Source: Candidatus Caldarchaeum sp. (lineage in GTDB: Archaea; Thermoproteota; Nitrososphaeria_A; Caldarchaeales; Caldarchaeaceae). From it: a DNA stretch of 64,000 nt. Within the stretch, counting starts at the first letter, position 1. Every line of letters starts with the position of its first letter. The stretch covers positions 39,931 through 103,930 of the forward strand of contig JAWBRA010000001.1 in the NCBI GenBank assembly GCA_038844785.1, given 5' to 3'. The translations under genes and the position numbers were made by a program. Shown here in pieces: positions 9,059-18,603 of the stretch. Below the pieces are notes generated by a model. That model was not told where the DNA came from, made no database searches, and worked only from the letters and a program-made list of their open reading frames with translations.

Positions 9059-10933
9059 CTACATCTCATCTAGTAGAGGCAGTCCAGCCACCCATGAGGC
9101 TGATGACAAAGCCGCCCTAAAGCCTTCGACAACGGCCAACCTAAACGCTTTCACATGCTCTTCCGCTGTCAGAACAGGGCAGCGTTCGTAAAACTCGTTG
9201 AATGCGACAGCAAGCTCCCTCAAGTATGTCACAACCCTTTTGACCGAAAGCAGTTTAACTGCCTCTTCAAAAACTAAAGGAAGAACTCCAATTGTTTTTA
9301 GAAGCTGTTTTTCCCCGTTCATAAGCTGGGAGCTGTAGGGCTTGGGAACAGGCTTGACATCGGCCTTTTCCATGATACGGGTTGCCCTTGCGTAAGCATA
9401 CTGTATGTAAGGACCTGTGTCGCCTTCGATGTCGGAGGCCTCCTCGCTGTCAAAGACTATCATCTTCTCAGGGTCGGACTTTAACATGAAGTATCTGAAG
9501 GCTGCAATGGCGATTTTTTCACCGACCTCATCAAGCTTGTCACGGTTCCACTCGGGATGCCGTTTTGAAGCACCTGCAACCGCTTTCTCTTTTATGTAGT
9601 CGAGCAGCGGGTCTACGTTAATGTATATGCCTGCCCGCCCGCTCATGTGGACGAATGACTGCCCTTCTAAAGCTATGTTTAGCTTTTCAGCGTCAGAGCG
9701 GCTCAACGACACAACTTCATAGGCATAGTGTATGTAGCGTGCGGGGTCTGAGCCCAGCTTTCTCAGAGCATGTCTTACTATTTCCTGCGGCCTCTTTTGA
9801 CGGACGTCAACTACGTTGACTGTCAGCGTGGCATTGCCAAATTTTGGGTTTTCGACGCCGTCGAAGTCGGTTATATACAATGGTGTGCCGTCAGGGTTGT
9901 CACACCATCTACGGTAGGTGAAGTCGCGTGAAAGCAAGCCCAGCTTCCACGCTGCATAGGCTATGTCTCTTGCGACGTAGGTGGTCACCCCGTCGCTTTT
10001 CACCAACACTTCATCTCCTTCCTTGCTGAGCGTTGGATGGTCATCCAGCTTTATCATCCAGCAGCCTTTCTTAGCCCCTTCATCCGAAAGATAAACTGAA
10101 TCACTTTTGCGGAGCTTTTCGAAAACCTCTTTCCAAAGGTCGAAAAGTATTATATCGCTCTCTCTGTTGAGTATGTCATAGCGTGCTCCAAGCCTCCAGC
10201 ATGTTCGAAGCTGTTCCTTCAACACCTTCTCAACTATAACCCTGTTTAGAGCGTAAACTTCTGGGGAACGATCCTCCAGAGCAGCTGATATTTTCCTTCT
10301 CTCAGCATTGAGCAAGGGGTCTGATTCGATTTTTCTGCTAACCTCCGAGTATATTCTACCGCAGTAGTCGTCAAACCTGACCCCCGGCGGCGGAGTCATG
10401 CTGTAGCCGAGCTTTTGAAATGCGAGAAGAACCTCAGCCATCTGGGCTCCGCTGTCGTCGATGTAGTTTGCTACCGCGACCCTGTAGCCTGTTTTGACAA
10501 GTAACCTTGCAATACTGTCTCCTAAACACGTGTTTCTCGCATGCCCTATGTGCAGCGCTTTATTGGGGTTAACGCTTGTATGCTCAACCAGAACATACCG
10601 ACCCTTTCCGATGTCCACTTCTCCAAAACGGCCGCCCATCGAAATCGCTTCGCCTAGAATGTCTTTAGCCAGTTCATCCCATTTTGCGTAGAAGTTCAGA
10701 TAACCCGGGGGCACCGCCTCAACAGCGGCCACAAGCCTAGAATTTGAAAGGTCTATTCTGCTGGCAACGTCCTTGGCAGTCTGATAAGGGTTCTGACCCA
10801 TTTTTTTGCCAAGCTCGAAGGCCGCGGATGTTGAGACATCGCCGTAAGCAGGCTGCTTGGGTATTTCCAGCCTCGCCTCCTCTATACCAGCGTTCTTCAA
10901 AAGCTCCCTGACTTCGTTGACTAAGTTTTTCAA
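9059..10933 (-). CDS. argS: Arginine--tRNA ligase
   Basis: EHTSVNPNKALHIGHARN, MSGRAG, GDTGPYIQYAYAR, C-terminal LLDEM. Confidence 0.96.
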   Translation of the reverse strand: MKNLVNEVRELLKNAGIEEARLEIPKQPAYGDVSTSAAFELGKKMGQNPYQTAKDVASRIDLSNSRLVAAVEAVPPGYLNFYAKWDELAKDILGEAISMGGRFGEVDIGKGRYVLVEHTSVNPNKALHIGHARNTCLGDSIARLLVKTGYRVAVANYIDDSGAQMAEVLLAFQKLGYSMTPPPGVRFDDYCGRIYSEVSRKIESDPLLNAERRKISAALEDRSPEVYALNRVIVEKVLKEQLRTCWRLGARYDILNRESDIILFDLWKEVFEKLRKSDSVYLSDEGAKKGCWMIKLDDHPTLSKEGDEVLVKSDGVTTYVARDIAYAAWKLGLLSRDFTYRRWCDNPDGTPLYITDFDGVENPKFGNATLTVNVVDVRQKRPQEIVRHALRKLGSDPARYIHYAYEVVSLSRSDAEKLNIALEGQSFVHMSGRAGIYINVDPLLDYIKEKAVAGASKRHPEWNRDKLDEVGEKIAIAAFRYFMLKSDPEKMIVFDSEEASDIEGDTGPYIQYAYARATRIMEKADVKPVPKPYSSQLMNGEKQLLKTIGVLPLVFEEAVKLLSVKRVVTYLRELAVAFNEFYERCPVLTAEEHVKAFRLAVVEGFRAALSSASWVAGLPLLDEM

Positions 10934-10966
10934 CCCATGATAAGATTATATGGCGAGAATTAAATT

Positions 10967-11524
10967 GTGAGCATGCGTAGCCCGTGTATGCGTGAAGGGT
11001 GGCTTACTCTGCTAACCCTGGTAATAACGGCTGCGGCCTACATGGCGTTAGGCTATTTACTTCTTGCGCCAAGACAGCCTGCCTCGAACCCAGTTTTGGT
11101 GGCTACGCTGCCCCACGCGATAGCCGCCGTCAACACGCTGACGATATTCGTGCTGCTAGGCGGTTATGCTGCTGTAAAGAGGAAAAAGGTGAAAAGCCAC
11201 AAGTATTTGATGCTCACAGCCTTTGGGCTGATAACCGCTTTCCTGATAATGTACCTAGCCCGGCTTTATCTAGGGGGTGTTAAACAATTCACGGGGCCTG
11301 CTTTTCTAAGAGACTTTGTATACCTACCTGCGTTAACAGTCCATCTCGGGTTATCCATTTTGTCGATCCCGCTTGTCCTCTACAACATTCTGACAGGTGG
11401 TTTTCTACCCGTGGCGGAAGTAGGTTCAACGAAACATAGAAAAGTCGGTCGATGGGCTGTGAGGCTTTGGACTTTGAGCCTAGCCCTAGGCGTCCTTGTC
11501 TACTTTCTTCTCAACTATGTTTAA
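10967..11524 (+). CDS. DUF420 (CtaM-like) membrane protein
   Basis: LPHAIAAVN, HKYLMLTAF, HRKVGRW..LW..S..LGVLVY. True start may be slightly downstream. Confidence 0.8.
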   Translation: MSMRSPCMREGWLTLLTLVITAAAYMALGYLLLAPRQPASNPVLVATLPHAIAAVNTLTIFVLLGGYAAVKRKKVKSHKYLMLTAFGLITAFLIMYLARLYLGGVKQFTGPAFLRDFVYLPALTVHLGLSILSIPLVLYNILTGGFLPVAEVGSTKHRKVGRWAVRLWTLSLALGVLVYFLLNYV

Positions 11525-11560
11525 AAATTTATCCCTTCGCCGGAAGTTATTAATGCGGGC

Positions 11561-12718
11561 ATGCCCACCAACCTGCCGGCCGAAGCGCAGGCGAAGCTGG
11601 CCAAATACCAGGAGGCTAGGACGATAAAGGAGAAGATAAAAGCCCTCGAGGAAGCCCTGCCCCTCATACCAGACCATAAGGGCACTGAGAAAATGAGGGC
11701 CCAGCTGAAAACGACGCTGGCGAGGCTGCGAAGAGAGTTGGAGAGAAAAAAAGCTGTCAAAACATCCCGTCAAGATGCTTTTGCTGTAAAGAAAGAAGGA
11801 GCCGCAACAATAGTTTTGCTTGGTGTCGCTAACTCAGGCAAGTCGACCATGTTACGTAGTTTGACTAACGCGAGGCCTGAGGTAAGCAGCTACGAGCTTA
11901 CAACAACCAAGCCCATCCCTGCCATGATGTATGTGGAGGAGGTTGGTATTCAATTGGTTGAGCTGCCTGCAGTGCTTACGTCAAGTCTCGAGGAAACCCC
12001 GTTTGCCTCCCGCAGCATAGCTTTGGCGAGAAACGCCGACCTACTCGCCCTGGCTCTGGACTGTTTCGGAGACCCTGTCGAGCAGTTTGACAAACTCGTC
12101 GCAATGCTCGACGACGCAGGAATTGTGTTGGGCAGCAAAAACTTCGACGTTGTCGTGGAGAAAAAAGACAGCGGCGGTATAAGGCTCGTCGTTTTCGGAC
12201 GGTTTAGAGGAACATCCGAAGAGCTTCGGCAGGCTCTACAGCAGATAGGTGTGAAAAACGCCGTGGTAAAGATATACGGCGAGGCAGGTGTGGAGGAAGT
12301 GGTTGACCATGTTCTGCGTCAATCCGTTTTCAAGAAAGCCATCGTTGTAGCCGGGAGATGCGACCTCTGCCCCAAACCCGAGCTGGAAAAGCTGCGGGAT
12401 AAAGCCAGAAAACTTGGCATAGGGTTTGTAAGCGTCACCTACAAAAACCCCTCAACATACATGGATTTCAAAAGGACGGCCTATAGCCTTCTAGACCTGG
12501 TCAGAGTTTATACGCAGAAGGACGGTGTCGTTGACAGAAAGCCTATCGTGGTCAGCCGGGGCACTAAAATCGCTGAGCTTGCGTTCATAATCCATAAAGA
12601 AATAGCTAAAAACCTAAAGTACGCCAGGGTCTGGGGGCCTTCGGTCAAGATACAGGGTCAGCAGGTTGGGCCAGAGCATGTCCTACAGGACGGCGACGTC
12701 GTAGAGCTTTTCGTATAA
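11561..12718 (+). CDS. DRG/OBG-family GTP-binding protein with TGS domain
   Basis: MPTNLP, PDHKGTEK, GVANSGKST, C-terminal ARVWGPSVK..GQQVG.EHVLQDGD. Confidence 0.88.
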   Translation: MPTNLPAEAQAKLAKYQEARTIKEKIKALEEALPLIPDHKGTEKMRAQLKTTLARLRRELERKKAVKTSRQDAFAVKKEGAATIVLLGVANSGKSTMLRSLTNARPEVSSYELTTTKPIPAMMYVEEVGIQLVELPAVLTSSLEETPFASRSIALARNADLLALALDCFGDPVEQFDKLVAMLDDAGIVLGSKNFDVVVEKKDSGGIRLVVFGRFRGTSEELRQALQQIGVKNAVVKIYGEAGVEEVVDHVLRQSVFKKAIVVAGRCDLCPKPELEKLRDKARKLGIGFVSVTYKNPSTYMDFKRTAYSLLDLVRVYTQKDGVVDRKPIVVSRGTKIAELAFIIHKEIAKNLKYARVWGPSVKIQGQQVGPEHVLQDGDVVELFV

Positions 12719-12757
12719 CGTTAAAACATGGGATGAAAGTCTTGTGGAGGGTCGGGT

Positions 12758-13054
12758 TTGAGGGTTGTGGCTGTAGGCGGCCCAATGTTCGTCAACGGTT
12801 TCAAGCTTGCAGGGGCTGAGGGAATGGTCGTTAAGTCGGCTGAGGAAGCATTTCAACTTATAAAAGACCTGATGCAGAGACAGGATGTTGGGCTGATAAT
12901 AGTGTCTGAGGATTTCTCCGAGAAGTTTAGAGCAGAGTTAAACGAACTCCGTTCCAGAAAGCCGACACCCCTGGTTTACGAGTTACCGCCTCCCGTAGGG
13001 CAGCCGAAAAAGATAGACTACCGCGCCATTTTGCGGAGCGTTCTAGGGGTCTAG
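12758..13054 (+). CDS. atpF: A/V-type ATP synthase subunit F
   Basis: GFKLAG, DVGLIIVSE, P.VYELP; 98 aa. Confidence 0.85.
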   Translation: MRVVAVGGPMFVNGFKLAGAEGMVVKSAEEAFQLIKDLMQRQDVGLIIVSEDFSEKFRAELNELRSRKPTPLVYELPPPVGQPKKIDYRAILRSVLGV

Positions 13055-13095
13055 CACATTTTTTAGGCGGTCTTTCAAACATGTGGTGAGCCTGG

Positions 13096-13698
13096 TTGTC
13101 GACGGCAACGGTGGATAAAGTGGTTAGCGAGGTTGTGCAAGAGGCCTTGGACAACATGAGAAAAAGCTTAGACGAATCTGAGGCTGAAGCTTACAGGATA
13201 ATAGAACGCGTTGAGGAAGAGCTGAGGCGAGAGTTGGCTGCAATACGTGAAGCCGGCAAGGCTGAACGGGAAGCCGCTAGACAACGCATTCTAAGCACGG
13301 CTGAGATACAGGCGAAAAACATGGCTATAGCGGCTGTCGAGGAGGAGATTTCAAAAATCTTCGAGGCTGTTGAGAGAAAGCTGAGCCAGATAGCTTCAGA
13401 GGATTCTTTCGAGATGGATTTGAAAAGGCTTCTCGACGAGGCGGTTCAGCTGATAGGCAGAGATGTCGTAGTGGAGTCAAACGAGAAGGGAATACAGCTT
13501 CTCAAAAGAATCGTGGAGAAAAACAGCTACAGTGTAAGGGTGAGCATATCGGAAAAGCCAATAAACACTGTAGGGGGGTTGAGAGCGCGGTCCGCAGACG
13601 GCAGCGTGAGGTTTGACAACACTTTCGAAGCACGTCTCGAAAGACTTAAACCAACGCTCCGGAATGAGATTGCTAAAATGTTACTTAGAAAGGACTAG
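13096..13698 (+). CDS. atpE: A/V-type ATP synthase subunit E
   Basis: Coiled-coil N-terminus; GGLRARSADGSVRFDNTFEARL. Confidence 0.85.
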   Translation: MSTATVDKVVSEVVQEALDNMRKSLDESEAEAYRIIERVEEELRRELAAIREAGKAEREAARQRILSTAEIQAKNMAIAAVEEEISKIFEAVERKLSQIASEDSFEMDLKRLLDEAVQLIGRDVVVESNEKGIQLLKRIVEKNSYSVRVSISEKPINTVGGLRARSADGSVRFDNTFEARLERLKPTLRNEIAKMLLRKD

Positions 13699-13701
13699 CT
13701 T

Positions 13702-14508
13702 TTGAAGCAAATACTTCTAACAAACGATGACGGTGCTAGGAGGCCAGGTCTATGGAGGCTGTACGAGGTGCTGAAGGAGTTAGGAAACATATGCGTGGTT
13801 GCTCCCGAGTCGGCCCGAAGCTCTACGGGAATGAGCATTACCTTACACAAGCCTCTCAGGCTCAGGAGAACTATAATCCACGGGGCGAAGGCCTTCACAT
13901 GCTCTGGAACACCGTCGGACTGTGTCATCATAGCCCTGAAAAAAGTTCTTGGAGGAAAAGCCCCTGACCTGGTGGTTTCAGGTATAAACGAGGGTAACAA
14001 CGTGTCGCTTCAAGCAATATATGGAAGCGGCACGGTAGCGGCCGCCGTCAGGGCTGCGTTGATGGGCATCCCTGCAGCGGCTTTCTCACTCGCCTTTACG
14101 GAGGAAACAAACGTCAGCCCAGCTTGGGTCAAAAGAAAAATGCGTCAGGCAGCTGAGCGGGCAAGACCAATAGTTGAATGGTTGCTGGCTAACGGACTTC
14201 CTGCTGGAGTAGATTATCTGAACGTAAACTTCCCACCCAACATAGATGCCCACACCCCTGTGAAGATAACTCGCACAGCTGTTGCAAGGTATTTGGAGAT
14301 GGTTGAAGAAAGACGCGACCCACGCGGCCAGCCATACTACTGGCTGCACGGAAAACTTCTCGAAGAAAGCTTGATGGAGCCAGATACAGATGTACACGCC
14401 GTCTTCGTTGAAGGCGTCATATCGATAACTCCTATGAGGGTTGACGCCTCCGTGGTTGACGGGAGGGTGTTGGACGGGCTCCTGAGATACTTGGGCGGCG
14501 ACGTATGA
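13702..14508 (+). CDS. surE: 5'/3'-nucleotidase SurE
   Basis: ILLTNDDG, GTPSDCV, PDLVVSGINEGNN, SGTVAAA, ISITPM. Confidence 0.95.
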   Translation: MKQILLTNDDGARRPGLWRLYEVLKELGNICVVAPESARSSTGMSITLHKPLRLRRTIIHGAKAFTCSGTPSDCVIIALKKVLGGKAPDLVVSGINEGNNVSLQAIYGSGTVAAAVRAALMGIPAAAFSLAFTEETNVSPAWVKRKMRQAAERARPIVEWLLANGLPAGVDYLNVNFPPNIDAHTPVKITRTAVARYLEMVEERRDPRGQPYYWLHGKLLEESLMEPDTDVHAVFVEGVISITPMRVDASVVDGRVLDGLLRYLGGDV

Positions 14509-14536
14509 GGATTTAAACAGGCTTTAACCGGTTTAA

Positions 14537-15055
14537 GTGGCTGACGTTGGTTGGAAAACCTCTCAGCCCGGGGGTTGCAAGCAGGTGTTAACGCTTAAGG
14601 AAAAAATCGAGCTCATGCGCCAGGGGATAATACACCGGTACGTAATTCCAATGCTCGAGTCACGCGGGTTTATGGTTTCAGCCTGGAAAAGGCCTGTATC
14701 GCTGGAGGATAAAACGCTGCGTGACGAGGGTTGGATGCCCCTGTACACCTCTTTCACGACATGGGAAACGTATTCCCGCAATGCACCGCTTCACGTATAC
14801 TTCAACACTTTTTACGGAGACATTCACGAGAAAGCCTACAGAGTCTGCTTCGTGGAGTTCATACTCAACAAGCACAATTACAGGCTTCCTCCAGCAATTA
14901 CAGGGGTCTTTACCAGACTCAACACCGAGAACGGCTATTACTGGAAGCACAGAATTCCAGTCAACCTTGACATCCCCGACTCCGCGGTCAACGACGTCGA
15001 CAGCAAGTATGACGAGCTTTTGCTTCTCCTCATACGGTCTAAAGTGATAGATTAG
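14537..15055 (+). CDS. Hypothetical protein
   Basis: 172-aa ORF filling the gap between surE and lysM; no recognised motif. Confidence 0.55.
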   Translation: MADVGWKTSQPGGCKQVLTLKEKIELMRQGIIHRYVIPMLESRGFMVSAWKRPVSLEDKTLRDEGWMPLYTSFTTWETYSRNAPLHVYFNTFYGDIHEKAYRVCFVEFILNKHNYRLPPAITGVFTRLNTENGYYWKHRIPVNLDIPDSAVNDVDSKYDELLLLLIRSKVID

Positions 15056-15485
15056 GTTTTTTTATTACACGGAGGACGATGGAGGTGTTTGTTTCGTTAA
15101 CTCCTTGAATGTTCCTTATCTCCTCTATCACCTTATTCAAATGAGTCATTGATGGAACCGATATCACCGCCATAACATCGTTGGCTCCTGTTATCTCATA
15201 AACCTCGTCCACTCCGTTTATTTTCACAAGTTTGTCAGCCACTTCGGGTGTTGGAACTGAGGGGGTGACGGAGATGAAAGTCAATGCTTTTACAGCGTAG
15301 TCTTTAGCCAACTCTATCGTGAAGGATTTTATCACCCCCTTATCCACTAGGTTTTTCACCCTCCGCCTCACAGCGCCCTCGGAGAGTTTGAGCTGTTTAG
15401 CTATCTCGGTAAAGCTCTTCCTAGCATCCTTCTTCAGAATCTCGATTATGGCTCTGTCGGCTTCATCAACCTCTGCCGGGGTCAA
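15039..15485 (-). CDS. lysM: Lrp/AsnC regulator, LysM-like
   Basis: Lrp HTH (DARKSFTEIAKQLKLSEGAVRRRV) plus RAM domain (VYEITGANDV); divergent from lysY. Confidence 0.8.
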   Translation of the reverse strand: MTPAEVDEADRAIIEILKKDARKSFTEIAKQLKLSEGAVRRRVKNLVDKGVIKSFTIELAKDYAVKALTFISVTPSVPTPEVADKLVKINGVDEVYEITGANDVMAVISVPSMTHLNKVIEEIRNIQGVNETNTSIVLRVIKKPNLSL

Positions 15486-15552
15486 CGTCTTTACTAAAAC
15501 ATATGGTTTGTAATAGGCTTTACATAATGGTTAAAAAACAGGCTTCAAAACC

Positions 15553-16620
15553 ATGGAACAAATGACGGTTCGGGTAGGGGTTGTAGGAGGCTCCGGATAC
15601 ACCGGCGGCGAGATTCTGAGAATTCTGGCTTCTCACCCGCGTGTGGAACTAACTTACGTAACCTCCCGTGAATACGCTGGTAAACCCTTGACGGTAATAC
15701 ATCCGCATTTGAGAGGGTTTTTCCCAACTTTAAAGTTCTCAGAGGTTTCCGTCGAAGCGCTTGCGGAAAAATGCGATACCGTGTTTGTTAACACACCCCA
15801 CGGCGTATCTTCAACACTCACACCGAAGCTCCTTGAAAGAGGTTTGAAAGTAATAGACCTAAGCGCAGACTTCAGGCTAAAAGATTTGGAGGAATATAAA
15901 AGATGGTATCATACGGAGCATTCTCACCCCGACCTTGTCGAGTTAGCTGTTTACGGGCTGCCGGAAATAAACCGAGATAGGCTGCGGGGGTCAAGGCTTG
16001 TAGCCTGTCCTGGATGCAATGCGACAGCCGCGCTAATCTCCCTGATACCGGCGGTCGAGTCGCGTCTGATTGACTTAGAACACATAGTGGTTGATGTAAA
16101 AGTCGGAAGCAGTGAGGCTGGGATAAAGCCTTCGCTGGGAACTCACCATCCTGAAAGGGCTAATGTCATACGGCCTTACGAAGCCGACGGACATCGACAT
16201 GTGGCGGAGGTAGAGCAGGAGCTGTCGAGAATAGCCGGTAGACGCATAAGGGTTGCGTTGGTCCCTCATGCTGTGGGTAGCATACGAGGGGCCATGGCCA
16301 CATCCCATGTATGGCTCTCCAACGTTGATGTCGACGAGTCAAAGATTTGGAGAACATACGCCCATAGATACGGGAAGGAGCCTTTCATCAGGATTGTGAG
16401 AGGCGCGCCATTCCGATACCCAGACCCAAAATACGTCATCGGAAGCAATTTCGCCGACGTAGGGTTTGCTGTCGAGACCAGAATACACAGAGCAGCCCTG
16501 TTCACGGCAATAGACAATCTGATGAAGGGCGCGGCTGGACAGGCCGTCCAATGCATGAACATAATGCACGGGTTTGACGAGGTTGAGGGGCTTAGGTATC
16601 TACCTCTAAGGCCTGCTTAA
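15553..16620 (+). CDS. lysY: [LysW]-aminoadipate/glutamate-phosphate reductase (ArgC family)
   Basis: GGSGYTGGE, IDLSADFRL, ACPGCNAT, IDNLMKGAAGQAVQ. Confidence 0.93.
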   Translation: MEQMTVRVGVVGGSGYTGGEILRILASHPRVELTYVTSREYAGKPLTVIHPHLRGFFPTLKFSEVSVEALAEKCDTVFVNTPHGVSSTLTPKLLERGLKVIDLSADFRLKDLEEYKRWYHTEHSHPDLVELAVYGLPEINRDRLRGSRLVACPGCNATAALISLIPAVESRLIDLEHIVVDVKVGSSEAGIKPSLGTHHPERANVIRPYEADGHRHVAEVEQELSRIAGRRIRVALVPHAVGSIRGAMATSHVWLSNVDVDESKIWRTYAHRYGKEPFIRIVRGAPFRYPDPKYVIGSNFADVGFAVETRIHRAALFTAIDNLMKGAAGQAVQCMNIMHGFDEVEGLRYLPLRPA

Positions 16621-16652
16621 GCTTTTTAGGCGATTGGCTGAAAAACCTCGAC

Positions 16653-17447
16653 GTGATAGTGGTTAAGGCTGGGGGGAGAGCGCTGGCGTCGAACATGGTC
16701 AACATTCTAAACTCCATCTCAGCCCGAGCCAGGGCAGGCGTAGTTTTTGTACACGGAGGAGGGGACATAGTCTCCGAGTATGAGAAAAGATTAGGCATGC
16801 AGCCGAGGATTGTGACCTCGCCGTCGGGAATACGGAGCAGGCTGACCGACGAAGCCGAGCTTGAAGTCTACGCCATGGTGATGGCCGGAAAGCTGGGTAA
16901 AAAAATGTCAGCATTCTTAAACAGCAAAGGAGTTAAAGCGATCAACATGGCCGGCGTCGACTCCGGGTTGATAAGGGCACAGCGGAAGAAAAAAATCATA
17001 ATACTCGACGAGCGAGGAAGAAAAAGAATTGTTGACGGCGGATATACTGGAACAATAACCACGGTTGACGCCGACGCTATCAAAAAGTTCATTGAAATGG
17101 GTTACCTGCTGGTGATAACCCCGCTGGCGTTGGGAGAGGAGGGTGAGATGCTTAACATCGACGGCGACTCCGCAGCCTCGGCTATCGCATCAGCTGTGAA
17201 AGCTGACGCACTGTACATTCTTACAGACGTTGAAGGTTTGATGCTTGACGGAAAATTAGTCCCACGCCTGACGTTGGCCGAGGCTAGAGCAATCCTCGAC
17301 AGAATAGGGCCGGGCATGAACAGAAAGGTCTTGATGGCGGCTAACGCTGTAGAAGCCGGGGTGAAAAAAGCCATCATATCCTCAGGCCTTAAAGCTGACC
17401 CGTTGCTCGAGGCGGACAGTGGCTGCGGGACGGTTATTGAGGCTTGA
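16653..17447 (+). CDS. lysZ: [LysW]-aminoadipate/glutamate kinase (ArgB family)
   Basis: MIVVKAGG, VHGGG, SPSGIRSR, LNIDGD, GMNRKV. Confidence 0.92.
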   Translation: MIVVKAGGRALASNMVNILNSISARARAGVVFVHGGGDIVSEYEKRLGMQPRIVTSPSGIRSRLTDEAELEVYAMVMAGKLGKKMSAFLNSKGVKAINMAGVDSGLIRAQRKKKIIILDERGRKRIVDGGYTGTITTVDADAIKKFIEMGYLLVITPLALGEEGEMLNIDGDSAASAIASAVKADALYILTDVEGLMLDGKLVPRLTLAEARAILDRIGPGMNRKVLMAANAVEAGVKKAIISSGLKADPLLEADSGCGTVIEA

Positions 17448-17478
17448 GGAAGGGTTTTTCGACAAAACATTAAAAATT

Positions 17479-17493
17479 GTTCGTCAATCGTAC
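17479..17493. promoter_or_regulatory. Putative LysM operator upstream of lysW
   Basis: Semi-palindrome GTTCG-TCAAT-CGTAC about 45 bp upstream of a TTTATATT box (17537-17544). Resembles the Sulfolobus LysM site at lysW as recalled. Confidence 0.5.
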
Positions 17494-17577
17494 TTTAATT
17501 AACTTAAACGTAAACAACCATGCCCAAAAGCAACGATTTATATTGAACTAATACGAAAAAAGCGCAGGTGCATTGGA

Positions 17578-17754
17578 GTGGTCAGCATACCCTGCCCTGT
17601 GTGCGGAGGGGCTCTGGAGGTTCCGGCGGACTCTCTGCCCGGCGAGCTGTTCGAGTGCGGCGAGTGCGGAGCACAGCTTGAGTTTTTCACAGACGATAAG
17701 GGAACGCAGTCGTTGAGGGTTGCCGAGGAAGTGGCCGAGGATTGGGGACAGTAG
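17578..17754 (+). CDS. lysW: Amino-group carrier protein LysW (58 aa, missed by the ORF track)
   Basis: Hand translation MVSIPCPVCGGALEVPADSLPGELFECGECGAQLEFFTDDKGTQSLRVAEEVAEDWGQ: two CxxC motifs, acidic, EDWG tail, directly before lysX. Confidence 0.93.
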   Translation: MVSIPCPVCGGALEVPADSLPGELFECGECGAQLEFFTDDKGTQSLRVAEEVAEDWGQ

Positions 17755-17757
17755 CCG

Positions 17758-18603
17758 ATGAGGATAGGGTTAGCTTATGACGTGGTAAGGTTCGAGGAAA
17801 AGTCTCTGATACAAGCGGCAAACAACCTAGGATATACAGTAAAACCGATTCACGTAGTGGACCGTGAGTTCTGGCTTAACGAACCCAACGGATACGACAC
17901 GGACTTTATTGTCCAGAGATGCGTCAGCCTCAGCAGAGCCCTTGCCACAACCTCAATATTCGAAAGAGCCGGCTGCTTTGTAGTAAATAACTTGGACGTT
18001 TTACGTAACTCGGCCGATAAACTGGTAACCTCATGTCTTCTGGCCAAAAACGGAATACCCACGCCGGTTACAGCTGTTGCGTTCAAAAAGGAGACAGCCC
18101 TGTCTATAGCTAGGAAGATCGGCTTCCCCGTCGTTGTCAAACCCATTTCAGGCAGCTGGGGTAGGATGATCGCCAGAGCTTTCGACGAGCAATCGCTAGC
18201 CGACATTTTAGAGCTGCGTGAGAATATGCCCAACCCTCAGATGAAAATCCACTATCTGCAGGAGCATGTAGACAAGCCTGAGAGGGACATAAGGGCTTTC
18301 TACGTCTGGGGTGACGTGCCTGTAGCCATCTACAGGGTCAGCAAAAACTGGAAGACTAACACTGCGTTGGGCGGGAAGGCGCAGCCATGCACGGTTACCG
18401 ACGGGCTAAGGGAGCTAGTGGTGAAAGCTGGTGATGCTTTAGGGGGCGGGGTCCTCGGCATAGACATACTAGAATCGCCTGAGAAAGGTATGCTTGTAAA
18501 CGAGGTAAACGGCGTTGTGGAGTTCAGGAACACTGTTCTCGTCACAGGATATGATTTAGCGTCAAAGATAATAGCTGATACGGTAAAGGTAGTTCGTAGA
18601 TGA
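17758..18603 (+). CDS. lysX: Aminoadipate/glutamate--LysW ligase (RimK ATP-grasp)
   Basis: VRFEEK, KPISGSWGR, NWKTNTALGG, EVNGVVEFRNT. Confidence 0.92.
   Translation: MRIGLAYDVVRFEEKSLIQAANNLGYTVKPIHVVDREFWLNEPNGYDTDFIVQRCVSLSRALATTSIFERAGCFVVNNLDVLRNSADKLVTSCLLAKNGIPTPVTAVAFKKETALSIARKIGFPVVVKPISGSWGRMIARAFDEQSLADILELRENMPNPQMKIHYLQEHVDKPERDIRAFYVWGDVPVAIYRVSKNWKTNTALGGKAQPCTVTDGLRELVVKAGDALGGGVLGIDILESPEKGMLVNEVNGVVEFRNTVLVTGYDLASKIIADTVKVVRR

Noticed and set aside
14504-14545. Possible C/D box sRNA (ATGAGGA...CTGA)
   Set aside because: Imperfect C box, too short, no internal C'/D' motifs; the AT-rich part is better explained as a promoter.
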